A stretch of 64,000 bases of DNA from an uncultured Verrucomicrobiae bacterium (lineage in GTDB: Bacteria > Verrucomicrobiota > Verrucomicrobiia > Chthoniobacterales > Terrimicrobiaceae), in NCBI GenBank assembly GCA_963706955.1, contig CAVPOC010000008.1:480001-544000 (forward strand), given 5' to 3'. The notes beneath the pieces are model-generated. The model saw only the letters and a program-made list of their open reading frames with translations, had not been told where the DNA came from and did no database searches. Below are positions 52,529 through 62,108 of the stretch, one piece after another; positions within the stretch are counted from its first letter, which is position 1, and every line of letters starts with the position of its first letter. Both the position numbers and the translations under genes were made by a program.

Positions 52529-52738
52529 CTAGGAATTGCCCGCGGCCACGCCTTTCTCGACACCGACCTCAGGATGTTTCATGGGATTTTGAGGCCTTTC
52601 GCTCCGGCCTGGGTTAATTCGATTCTTGGCTGATCGCTCTCTTCCATAAAACTTGCGCACGGCCAAGATAGTCAACCCACCGGAGGTCGCGGCACCGGCA
52701 CTGGCCAGCGCGACCGTCGCAAAACAAAATGGACACAT
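52529..52738 (-). CDS. small CPxC-starting membrane protein, apparently followed by a stub of a DUF899 start
   Basis: MCPFCFATVALASAGAATSGGLTILAVRKF; downstream MKHPEV then VSRKAW in a shifted frame resembles the DUF899 N-terminus. Confidence 0.55.
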   Translation of the reverse strand: MCPFCFATVALASAGAATSGGLTILAVRKFYGRERSAKNRINPGRSERPQNPMKHPEVGVEKGVAAGNS

Positions 52739-52859
52739 GGTGACGGGTTCCTCTTAGCTCAGTATCGCCGATGATATCCAAGGCCCGCACCCCTTGAGGC
52801 TGACTCGGGTAATCGCGGTTTTCTTGATCATGGCTAAGGTTTACGGCTTCGATTCTTCG

Positions 52860-53152
52860 ACGAACAACGCCTGTGAAAAAGGACACCGCTCTTAAAAAAT
52901 CAAAAGGGTCACTTTCGCCTCCACCGGAAAACCGAAGGCCGTGAAGCGGAAACGGCGCCGCGCTCAGCTCCGAACCGGATCCATCGTGAAAGCGGATATC
53001 CGAGGCGTTGCCAAGTAAGTCGGCCAGGCCGTAGTGCCGTTTAGGAACGGCCATACGTAGACGGCGCGCGGGCTGGCGACGATCACTTCGTTGGCAACAT
53101 AGTTGTCGGTGGTGCCTGGAAGATAGCCTTCCGGCCCGAGAATCTCCTGCAT
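52860..53152 (-). pseudogene. frameshifted SRPBCC/polyketide cyclase-like gene remnant
   Basis: PEGYLPGTTDNYVANEVIV...WPFLN.TTAWPTY in one frame, NASDIRFHDGSGSELS in another. Confidence 0.6.
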
Positions 53153-53540
53153 GGTAGGTTCAGAAAAGTCCCGACAATATCGATTGTCCGTTGACAGTGT
53201 CAACTAACGAGAGGATAGAAGACTTTGTCAACCAATCTCTCTGCCATGCAACTTCAACTAGTTTCTCGTTCGTGCAAGTTCACGTTCCTTTGCGAGCCGA
53301 AAGCAGTTTCGCTCGCGGGAGGAAAGCGCGCGACCGGATCGGCGCTCTCCTCCTCTCACTGATTGCGACCGCTTCCGTGAAACTGGCGGCGTCGCCGACG
53401 CTCCCACGAATACCGCATCTGCCGCTGACTCGTCTACTCCTCGCCCTAATCACGTCGTGCCACCACGCAAACTCGTTCGCATTCCCACAAACACCGCCCG
53501 TCTTAGGGGCGACCACACCTAACATTCACACACATACACC

Positions 53541-54221
53541 ATGAAAGATATGAACGCTCCGCAGCCGTGGATTGCCACGGACCAAGTTACCAAGCTTCTT
53601 AACGAACTCTATGCCGACGCGGAGCGAAACGATCCTCTTGCCCGTCGAGCGGCCATAGAAACCGCGTCGGATGGCGATTCCGTGCTGGGATTCTACCGAT
53701 CGATGCGCATGGCCTACATGGCCATCGGCTGGGAATTTGGCAAACTGCTCTACGGCCTCGCCCGCTCGATCCGGGCGGAAACCATCGTCGAGTTTGGCAC
53801 TTCGTTTGGCATTTCGACCATTTTTCTCGCCTCCGCGATCAGGGACAACGGCGCCGGCCGAGTGATTACCACCGAATTCGAGCCTGCCAAAGCGGAACGA
53901 GCCAGGGAGAATCTCGCCGCAGCCGGAGTCGAAGAATGGGTGGAGCTTCGCATCGGCGACGCCCGCGAGACGTTGTCGGATTCACCCCGAGAGATCGACA
54001 TGATCTTTCTCGACGGCGCCAAGGAACTTTACATTGACGTGCTCAAGCTCCTCGAACCGCACCTGCGCGCTGGAGGCATCGTCGCCAGCGACAACACCGA
54101 TCACGACGGTCTGGAGCCGTTCCTCAGCCATGTCCGCCATCCATCCAACGGCTACATCTCGTCGGCGATTTTCACGAGCGGTCCTCGTGGCAAAGCCCAC
54201 GAGATTTCAATCCACTGCTGA
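53541..54221 (+). CDS. class I SAM-dependent O-methyltransferase
   Basis: VEFGTSFGISTI, GDARETL, FLDGAK and SDN. Confidence 0.9.
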   Translation: MKDMNAPQPWIATDQVTKLLNELYADAERNDPLARRAAIETASDGDSVLGFYRSMRMAYMAIGWEFGKLLYGLARSIRAETIVEFGTSFGISTIFLASAIRDNGAGRVITTEFEPAKAERARENLAAAGVEEWVELRIGDARETLSDSPREIDMIFLDGAKELYIDVLKLLEPHLRAGGIVASDNTDHDGLEPFLSHVRHPSNGYISSAIFTSGPRGKAHEISIHC

Positions 54222-54310
54222 GTTCAATGTTAAGTCTTGCGACTGTGAGTTTTAAGTAAGCCACCTCGCGCAGGCTTAAAACTTCAATCTCAACACTTAA
54301 AACTCATTGA

Positions 54311-54335
54311 GTGGAGGCGAGGGGGAATTGAACCC
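54311..54335 (-). repeat. tmRNA/tRNA-like 3'-end remnant (possible att site)
   Basis: Reverse complement GGGTTCAATTCCCCCTCGCCTCCAC is a T-loop plus a CGCCTCC-A acceptor strand; the rest of the RNA is absent. Confidence 0.55.
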
Positions 54336-54650
54336 GTGCGGAGCCACACCAACCCCGCTATTTGATGCCGTGTCAAAATAAACTAATCTTGCGCGTCGTT
54401 GAGCGGAGTTTGTCCGGACGAAGTTTGCCGCAGATTGTCATCGATTTCGGGGTTTCTGCAATCCGGATGCCGACCGCTGCCGACGGTGAGGAGCGTTCCA
54501 TCAAAGATACGCAGATTACAAGCTTGGCTCAACACCGACGATCAGCGCGGGTTCGTAATAGGCGCCCTTAAGGCTCACGGGTTCGATTCCGCCTTATCCA
54601 AGTCTGGATCGCGCACAGCTTGCCGGTGTGGCAAGGTCTATGCATTCCCT

Positions 54651-55604
54651 TCAGATCAGATTCGAGCAGGAGTCCAATTCCTTCAATGCAACCGTATCGC
54701 TAACCCAAGACCATTGTATATCCTTTGATTGGACTAAGAGCGCTTGAATTTCCGGAATTCCCAGATTTTCCTTAGTGACAACGGCTGCGCCGCTATCGAT
54801 AACCGCATCCACCGTTTCTCCCTTCATTTTGGCAACCAGCGCCCGCACAGCATCACGGCCCATCTTCCTGGGATTCTGGGCGACGAGTGCTTGAATCTCA
54901 CCTCTTTTCAAGCCTTCCACGAGTCCCGGCGACGTGTCGAAACCGACGAACTTCTTGCTGCGCGTCAGGTTATTCTGCTTGAGCGCGAGCAACATGCCCA
55001 AAGTGCTCGGTTCGTTTGAACAGAAAATTCCGTCCGCCTCCTTGAGCTTGTCCAGCATCTTCAACGCGGTTGAGTGTGCTTCGCTAATGGTTGTGCCGGA
55101 GTAGCGATTGTCGAGAATAACCTGAATGTCGGGAAATTTCTTGATCTCTTCGAGGAAGCCCGCCTCCCGCTGACCGGTGCTAGCCGCACCTTCTTTATAG
55201 CGAAAGAGCACCACCTTGCCTTTGCCGTCTAAAAGCTTTCCCAACTGCTCGCCAGCCATTTCTCCAGCCCGGTGGTTGTTGGTCGATACCGTGCAGACAA
55301 AGTCCTTGAGGGGCTTCCCCTCGAACGCCGAATCCATAATCACCACAGGGATTCCCTTTTGCATGGCAGCGGCGACTGAACGTCTGAGTGCCGTGTCATC
55401 AATCGGCGCCAGAACAATGCCGCCCACTCCCTCGGAAACGAACTGCTCAAAGATTTGGATCTGCTGTGCGGGGTCGTCTTCCTTTAGAGAGCCCTTCCAT
55501 ATCATCTCCGCGCCAGCCTCTTTTGCCCCTTCACGCGCTCCTCCTTCAACCGCTTTCCAAAACCAGTGCGTCGTGCTCTTGGGAATTACAGCGATTGGAC
55601 TCAA
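54651..55604 (-). pseudogene. RbsB-like sugar-binding protein lacking a signal peptide (probably 5'-truncated)
   Basis: IAVIPK.TTH.FWK, GIPVVIMDS, FVGFD and QNPRKMG; in-frame stop just upstream and no ABC partners nearby. Confidence 0.7.
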
Positions 55605-55879
55605 TGGGAGAAGAATTTATAGAGGATAGGACTGAGTTTCGAGACTGTCCATGTTCTTGTGAGCCAAGCTTTGGCGGCCCGCGAAATGATCAGTCCAGGC
55701 CAAGTTCTGTTCCTCGCAGCGCAAAGCCGAGCCTGAAGACCGGATCATTCGTAGCCCGCTGGACGATGATGCAACCTCACGCGCTTCGCGGCGCTACTTC
55801 AGCATTTTCTACGACAAGTTGCCCCCTCTCGGTGCTCCCATTTTCTTGATGTTAGTTGTTCGGTTCTTCTCCGAATCAT

Positions 55880-57184
55880 TCAGGCTGCGAGCAATTCTCT
55901 TTTGAGTGCTATTGGCGCGGCCTCTCTTGGTTCGACATGAAAGGATGGAACGCCTGAAACACTCTCCTTGAAGCTTCCTGCACCGTTGATCGAGAGCCGA
56001 CGGGCTAGAAGCAGGCTCGTGAAGAACAGAACTGCTGCTCCAAGCAAGGTATGACTTGTTCCAGCTATTGCCCCAGCCGAACCCCAGAGCACCCCTCCAA
56101 GTGCCATCGCCCCCTGCGAGATCATTATCACTGTGGCGTTCATGCGCCCTCGCGCCCAGGTCGGCATGGCGCGCTGCGCGGCCACCCAAAGTTCGGAAGC
56201 CGACATCGTCCATGCCACGCCGGCAAGCGCCGCAATAACAAAGAATGCCTCCGTCTGGCGAACAAACGCCATTAACACGTAAACCAAGATAAGCAGCAAA
56301 TTCGCCAAGAAGGTGAGGCAATCAGGCGTCAAACGAGCTCTCAGCCACGGAACAGCGAACACCGCTCCGACAACCGATCCAGCTCCCAGGCTAGTGAACA
56401 ACAGCCCCAAACTAGACGAACTGAGGTGCAGCACTCTCAAGCCCACCACCGGCATCAATGCCGGAATTACTGAGACGAACAGAGCAAACAGGAAATTTCG
56501 GGCCAACACGACCTGAAACCCAGGCGCGTTTCGAACGTAGCGAATTACTGTTCCGAAAGATTGGAAAAAGGTCTCCGACGGAAGCTTTGCCGGCCGGGGT
56601 GGTTGTTTCCATTGCCAAGTTGCCACCACGACCAGGAGGAAGCAGGCGGCATTTAGGGCAAAGACAAAACTCGCTCCGGCGACCCAGACTAACAAACCGC
56701 CGAGCGCTGGACCAATAATTCCCGCGATGCTGAATTGTAAACTCCCCAAGATCGCTGCGGACGGCAACTCCGCGTCGGAGACGATTTGGCGCACGATCGA
56801 CGTCCAGGCCGGTGCGTTAATAGCAAATCCGACGCCGATGAGAAATACGTAACCCAGGATCAGGTAAGGATTGAGTAGATGGATCCAACCAAGCACTGCT
56901 AAAGCGGAGGCTGTGGCTGCCATGCAGACATTGATCGTGCAGACCAGCTTCTGACGATCGACCCTATCGGCGAGGGCGCCGGCGGGCAGTGTGAACAGAA
57001 AGAAAGCCAGCGACGCCACGGTCGACATCAGCGAAAGCAATAGGGGAGACCCCGTAGAAATATTCATCATCCAGGTCGCTGCGTTGTCGTGAGCGACCAC
57101 GCCGGTCCCAGAGATGACCGCGGCAATCCAGAGTTTCCTGAATGCCGGGTTTTGAAGTGCCGCCCAAGTGGAGTTCGTAGTCAT
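55880..57184 (-). CDS. MFS transporter (DUF894-like)
   Basis: FRKLW, LPAGALADRVDR, NAPAW and GPALGG; about 12 TM segments. Confidence 0.9.
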   Translation of the reverse strand: MTTNSTWAALQNPAFRKLWIAAVISGTGVVAHDNAATWMMNISTGSPLLLSLMSTVASLAFFLFTLPAGALADRVDRQKLVCTINVCMAATASALAVLGWIHLLNPYLILGYVFLIGVGFAINAPAWTSIVRQIVSDAELPSAAILGSLQFSIAGIIGPALGGLLVWVAGASFVFALNAACFLLVVVATWQWKQPPRPAKLPSETFFQSFGTVIRYVRNAPGFQVVLARNFLFALFVSVIPALMPVVGLRVLHLSSSSLGLLFTSLGAGSVVGAVFAVPWLRARLTPDCLTFLANLLLILVYVLMAFVRQTEAFFVIAALAGVAWTMSASELWVAAQRAMPTWARGRMNATVIMISQGAMALGGVLWGSAGAIAGTSHTLLGAAVLFFTSLLLARRLSINGAGSFKESVSGVPSFHVEPREAAPIALKRELLAA

Positions 57185-57298
57185 GATCGGAGATGAGAGT
57201 CTTCATCCGTTACAAACGCGGTGGGGTTGCAGAGTTTCAGGAATTTTGTTCCTAAAGATGCTTTCAGCCGATATTGTCGGTAAAAGACCCAATTCTTC

Positions 57299-58069
57299 GT
57301 GAAACGCGACAATGGTCCGCCAGCGGAGGGCGCAGCGAGCTTTCACACCACGCGCTGGACGATGGTCATGAGGGCGGCGCAAAGTCAGGCGCAAGGGGGG
57401 CAGTCCGCTTTAGCCGAGTTGTGCCGGCTCTATTGGTATCCGCTCTACATTTTCGCTCGGCGCCGCGGGTATTCTCCGGATGACGCGCAGGACTTGACCC
57501 AAGGTTTTTTCCTGCACCTGCTGGAACGCCGGGCGCTTAGGGGCGTTGACCGGCTCAAGGGTAAATTCCGGTCGTTCTTGCTCGCCTCTTTTCAGAATCA
57601 CCTCTCCCATGCAGTCGACCGTGCCCACCGCCTCAAAAGAGGAGGCGGCAACGAATTCGTCCACCTGGATGCACAAGAGGCCGAAGAACGCTACCAACGC
57701 GAGCCGGTCGAGTTTTTGACAGCAGAAAAAATCTTCGATGCCCGCTGGGCGATGACGCTCCTGGGAGAAGCGTTGAAACAACTCCGCCAGGAGTACGCCA
57801 CCGCGGGAAAGATCTCCATGTTCGAAGCGCTAAAAGTTTTCCTAGATCCTAATAACAGCGTCGCTCCGCCCTCGTACGAGGAGGTGGCGAATCGGCTTGA
57901 GCTCAGCATCGGCGGGGTCAAGACACTCATCCACAGGTTGCGAAAGCGGTACACCGCGCTGTTGCGAGAGGAGGTCGGTCGCACGGTGGTAGATCCGACA
58001 GAGATCGACGAGGAGATTCATGCGCTTTGCGACGCGCTGGTTGCATCCGAGGGGCGATTAGGCCCATGA
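57299..58069 (+). CDS. ECF-type sigma factor of the Ser/Thr-kinase-associated kind
   Basis: FHTTRW, LCRLYWYPLY, DAQDLTQGFF, KGKFRSFLL and SYEEVA...VKTLIHRLRKRY. Confidence 0.9.
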   Translation: MKRDNGPPAEGAASFHTTRWTMVMRAAQSQAQGGQSALAELCRLYWYPLYIFARRRGYSPDDAQDLTQGFFLHLLERRALRGVDRLKGKFRSFLLASFQNHLSHAVDRAHRLKRGGGNEFVHLDAQEAEERYQREPVEFLTAEKIFDARWAMTLLGEALKQLRQEYATAGKISMFEALKVFLDPNNSVAPPSYEEVANRLELSIGGVKTLIHRLRKRYTALLREEVGRTVVDPTEIDEEIHALCDALVASEGRLGP

Positions 58070-61000
58070 AAACAGACGCCAGACGCGTCTGCCCGTGTTG
58101 CGGAAACGAATTTCCCGGAGCAGTGGAGTTCTGTCCAGTGTGCATGCTCCATGGAGCGCTCACTAAAAGTGGGTTCGAATCCGGCGAGTCTTTTGCTGAA
58201 CAAGACCGCGGTGAATCAACACCCACGCGCGTATCGCATCGGTTCGAGCATTATGAGCTGATGTCCGACAAGGATGGAAAACCGGTCGAGTTGGGTCGCG
58301 GTGCGATGGGGGTCACTTACAAAGCGTTCGATGTCGATCTTCGATGTCCCGTGACCTTGAAAGTCATCAACGAGAAATACCTCGGTGACGAGTCAGGTTG
58401 CCTTCGTTTCTTGCGCGAAGCACGTGCGGCGGCCAGCGTGCGCCACCCGAACGTTGCCTCGGTCTTCCACTTGGGCAAGCGGGGCAAGAACTATTTCTAC
58501 GCGATGGAGTTTTTGGAGGGGGAAACGCTCGAGAAACTCGTCAGACGCACGGGCCGGCTTGAGGTAAAGCTGACGCTGGACATTGCGGCGCAGGTCGCCG
58601 CGGGTCTGGCTGCCGTGCACAAGAAGGGCCTCGTTCACCGGGACATCAAACCGAGCAATATCATGGTGAACTTCGAGGATGACGGGACAGTGACCGCAAA
58701 GATCATCGACCTGGGCCTGGCAAAGACGGTCAATGAACCAGGTGCTCAGACTGCGATTTCAATACCCGGAGGCTTTGCCGGGACACCGGAGTTCGCCAGC
58801 CCCGAGCAATTTGCAGGAGTCGGCGTGGACATCCGTTCGGATCTCTACTCTCTAGGCGTGGCGCTCTGGAAGATGGTGACCGGCCATGCATTGTTTAGCG
58901 GCTCTCCTGCTGAGCTGATGTATCAGCATCAGCACGCACAACTCCCGCTTAGACAACTCGAAGATGTCCCGCAGCCGGTGGTTGTTCTACTCGAAATACT
59001 TTTGGAGAAGGACCCTGGGCGGCGTTTGCAGAACCCGGCCGAGCTCTCTAAATTGATACCGACGATAAGAGACGCGATCGACTCACGGCGTAGAGTCTCT
59101 CGCCAGAGCTTCCAGAAGACGGCCATTGCCAATTTGCGCCTCGGAACTCGCATACCGCGAGCGAGACGAGGACCAAAAAAAATTTCCGTAGCCAGATTGC
59201 CCGTAACAGGGAGCGATTTGTTTGGTCGAGAGGAGGATATCGCTTTCCTAGATGCTGCATGGGCAAACCAAGATGTAAATATCGTTACCATAGTCGCCTG
59301 GGCTGGCATGGGGAAGTCTACGCTGGTTAATCATTGGCTTGGAAGGATGGCGGCTGAACATTATCGATCCGCGCAGCTCGTTTTCGGCTGGTCCTTTTAC
59401 CTGCAGGGTAGCAGTGGGGGCACTTCGTCGGCAGATCAATTTCTTGAGGCTGCTCTCACTTGGTTCGGTGACCCAGATCCACGGATCGGAACGGCGTGGG
59501 AGAAGGGCGAGAGATTGGCGAAACTGGTCTCACATCGTCGAACGCTACTGGTTCTGGATGGCCTCGAGCCGCTCCAAAATCCGCCTGGTCCACAAGAAGG
59601 ACGCCTACGCGATCCTTCCCTTCAGGCGCTCTTGCGCGAGCTTGCTGCCTTCAATTCGGGGCTTTGTGTAATTACCACCCGGCTGCCCATTGCGGACGTT
59701 GCAGATCACGAGCGCAGTTCAGCTCCGCGGCGTGACCTGGAGCAACTATCCAGCGATGCCGGTGCAAAGCTGCTGGGAGCGCTGGGCGTCAAGGGCGATC
59801 AAGCGGAGCTGCGAAGTGCCAGCGACGAATTCAGTGGCCATTGTCTCGCGCTGACGCTTCTTGGCAGTTATCTGACAGATGCCTACAGCGGATCCATTCG
59901 TTGCCGCAAGGAAGTGTCAGAACATCTTTCTCATGACGTCCGACAGGGAGTTCATGCTCGGAAAGTAATGGAATCTTACCAAGCCTGGCTTGGCGAGGGA
60001 CCGGAGCTATCGGTTCTTCGCATGTTAGGTCTGTTCGATCGACCGGCTGACGAAAAGGCGCTTGAAGCTCTGTTGAAACCACCCGCTATTCCGGGCCTTA
60101 CAGAGTCGTTGACGGATTTGAGCTCAAGCGAGTGGCAAATGATTCTTGCCAGGTTAAGAAGGGCAAAGCTCCTCCTGGGAGAAGATCCGCACAATCCTGG
60201 ACATCTCGATGCTCATCCTCTTGTCCGTGAATACTTTGGTGAACAGCTCCGGGATCGCCAAGCGGAGGCCTGGAAGGAATGTAACAGGCGGCTGTATCAC
60301 TATTATCGAACGCTTGCGCCGCAGCTGCCGAATAGCTTCAGGGAGATGGAGCCACTTTTCTTAGCCGTCATCTGCGGCTGCAACGCCGGTCTGTTTCGGG
60401 AAGCGCTGCATGAAGTTTACATTCCCCGGATTCAGCGAGGCAATGCCTACTTTGTGGCCAACGTTCTTGGAGCCAGAGGAGCATTGCTCTCGGCTTTGGT
60501 TCATTTCTTTGAAAGTGGACGCTGGAGTTCACCCGTGAAAGTGGGTGTCGAGGCGCAGCGTCTCACCGCGGAAGATCAGCTTTTCATCCTCATGCAGGCA
60601 GGGCTTTATCTATCGTCTACGCGAGGGTTCGCCGCACCAGAGCCACGAATCTGTTACGAGCGCGCGGCGCCTTTGTGTCATTCTCTTAATCGTCCCCTGC
60701 TCCTGTATTCCGCGCTGATGGGACAGTGGCGCTATCTCTACATCGCCGACAAGCTGAGTGCAGCGCTGGGGGTCGCACAACGAGTCCGTTCGTTGGCAAT
60801 GGAGCAAAACAACTCCGCGGTAATGATTGGAGCCTGTCAGGCTTTGGTATCGACGCTCTACTATTTGGGCGAGTTCGAGACCGCGCGACAATATGCGATG
60901 CACGGTGTTCAGATATGGCGGTCGGGGGGCGTACAGTATAATGCAGAAGACCTCGACGCTCCCGCCGTCGTTTGTTTGTCCTATGAGGCGCTGTGCCAGT

Positions 61001-61623
61001 GGCATTTCGGAGAGACCGCCTCTTCTCACGCGACCATGGCAGAAGCAATCTCACTAGCGAAGGAGTTGAATGAGACGAACTCATTAGCCGTGGCACTTCA
61101 TTTTGCTGCCTTTCTCGCCCGCTATGAAGGCAATCCTGCTGAAGTGGAACACGTGACATCGGAGTTAATTGAGTTGTCCACACGCCAGAATTTTGCGTTT
61201 TGGCTGGCTTGCGGAGCAATTTCCCATGGCTGGGCGCGTAGCGCCTTGGGTGACACAGCTCAAGGTATCGCGTGGATCGAGGACGGAATCCGAGAATATC
61301 GGGCAACCGGCTCGGTTTTGATGTTGCCGGATTCGCTCGTGCTAAAGGCTGAGGCTTTGCACCTTGCGAATCGTACGTCCGAGGCTCTTGCGGCGATAGC
61401 AGAGGCGGAGACAGTTGCCAACAGAACTGAAGGGCGGGAGTGTTTTGCCGAACTGCATCGGCTCCGCGGCGTGTTTCTTGTGGCTGTGGGTGCCGACGAG
61501 ACCCAAATTGAGGCTTCGTTCTGCGAAGCCATCCGCACCGCACAAGAGCAAAAGTCGACTTCACTGGCGAAACGCGCGGAAGCCACGTATACAGAATATC
61601 GCAGTCGAAAAGCAGAGCGTTAG
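58066..61623 (+). CDS. Ser/Thr protein kinase - STAND-type P-loop NTPase - TPR-like protein
   Basis: CPCC...CPVC N-terminus, LGRGAMG, HRDIKPSN, DLG, GTPEFASPEQ; AGMGKST Walker A and LLVLDGLE Walker B; helical repeat C-terminus; ATGA overlap with the sigma gene. Confidence 0.92.
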   Translation: MKTDARRVCPCCGNEFPGAVEFCPVCMLHGALTKSGFESGESFAEQDRGESTPTRVSHRFEHYELMSDKDGKPVELGRGAMGVTYKAFDVDLRCPVTLKVINEKYLGDESGCLRFLREARAAASVRHPNVASVFHLGKRGKNYFYAMEFLEGETLEKLVRRTGRLEVKLTLDIAAQVAAGLAAVHKKGLVHRDIKPSNIMVNFEDDGTVTAKIIDLGLAKTVNEPGAQTAISIPGGFAGTPEFASPEQFAGVGVDIRSDLYSLGVALWKMVTGHALFSGSPAELMYQHQHAQLPLRQLEDVPQPVVVLLEILLEKDPGRRLQNPAELSKLIPTIRDAIDSRRRVSRQSFQKTAIANLRLGTRIPRARRGPKKISVARLPVTGSDLFGREEDIAFLDAAWANQDVNIVTIVAWAGMGKSTLVNHWLGRMAAEHYRSAQLVFGWSFYLQGSSGGTSSADQFLEAALTWFGDPDPRIGTAWEKGERLAKLVSHRRTLLVLDGLEPLQNPPGPQEGRLRDPSLQALLRELAAFNSGLCVITTRLPIADVADHERSSAPRRDLEQLSSDAGAKLLGALGVKGDQAELRSASDEFSGHCLALTLLGSYLTDAYSGSIRCRKEVSEHLSHDVRQGVHARKVMESYQAWLGEGPELSVLRMLGLFDRPADEKALEALLKPPAIPGLTESLTDLSSSEWQMILARLRRAKLLLGEDPHNPGHLDAHPLVREYFGEQLRDRQAEAWKECNRRLYHYYRTLAPQLPNSFREMEPLFLAVICGCNAGLFREALHEVYIPRIQRGNAYFVANVLGARGALLSALVHFFESGRWSSPVKVGVEAQRLTAEDQLFILMQAGLYLSSTRGFAAPEPRICYERAAPLCHSLNRPLLLYSALMGQWRYLYIADKLSAALGVAQRVRSLAMEQNNSAVMIGACQALVSTLYYLGEFETARQYAMHGVQIWRSGGVQYNAEDLDAPAVVCLSYEALCQWHFGETASSHATMAEAISLAKELNETNSLAVALHFAAFLARYEGNPAEVEHVTSELIELSTRQNFAFWLACGAISHGWARSALGDTAQGIAWIEDGIREYRATGSVLMLPDSLVLKAEALHLANRTSEALAAIAEAETVANRTEGRECFAELHRLRGVFLVAVGADETQIEASFCEAIRTAQEQKSTSLAKRAEATYTEYRSRKAER

Positions 61624-61689
61624 AGAAGCACGGGTTTCCGACCGCCTGCTTCCTAAAGCTTCCGGCAGCTCCCTGCCTTTCGTTCCACA

Positions 61690-62077
61690 CTCCGCCCGCG
61701 AAATCCTTTTTGAATGCCGGGGTTCGCAGTGCCATCCAAGTGGAGTTCGTGCGCATGAATGGAGATGAGGGTCGTCACCCACGTTACAAAGGCGGTGGGT
61801 CCAGACTTTCAGGAATTGTGTTCGTAAACATGCTTTCGCCCGCTATTGTTGGCTAAAGACCCAAGTTCTTCGTGAGACGCGACCATCGTCCACCAGGGGA
61901 GGGCGCGATGGCGAACGATCGTCAGGAGGGGGATTTTGCTTTAGCGGATATCGACGAGGAGATTCATGCTCTTTGCGACGCCCTCATGCATCCGGCGGTT
62001 AGACCCATGAAAACGTCATGACAGACGCGTCTGCCCGAGTTGCGGTAGTGAACTTTCCGGGACACTGGCATTCTGTC
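61690..62077 (+). repeat. collapsed degenerate duplicate of the MFS 5' end / intergenic region / sigma ends / kinase 5' end
   Basis: 61690-61950 matches ~57120-57420 with small gaps; 61950-62077 matches ~58003-58136. Confidence 0.85.
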
Positions 62078-62108
62078 GCGAAAGGCGCGAAGGCAGCGTC
62101 GAAAAAGG

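Noticed and set aside
54311..54400. Complete tRNA or tmRNA gene
   Set aside because: Only the T-loop and 3' acceptor strand are present, with no matching 5' strand or anticodon arm nearby.
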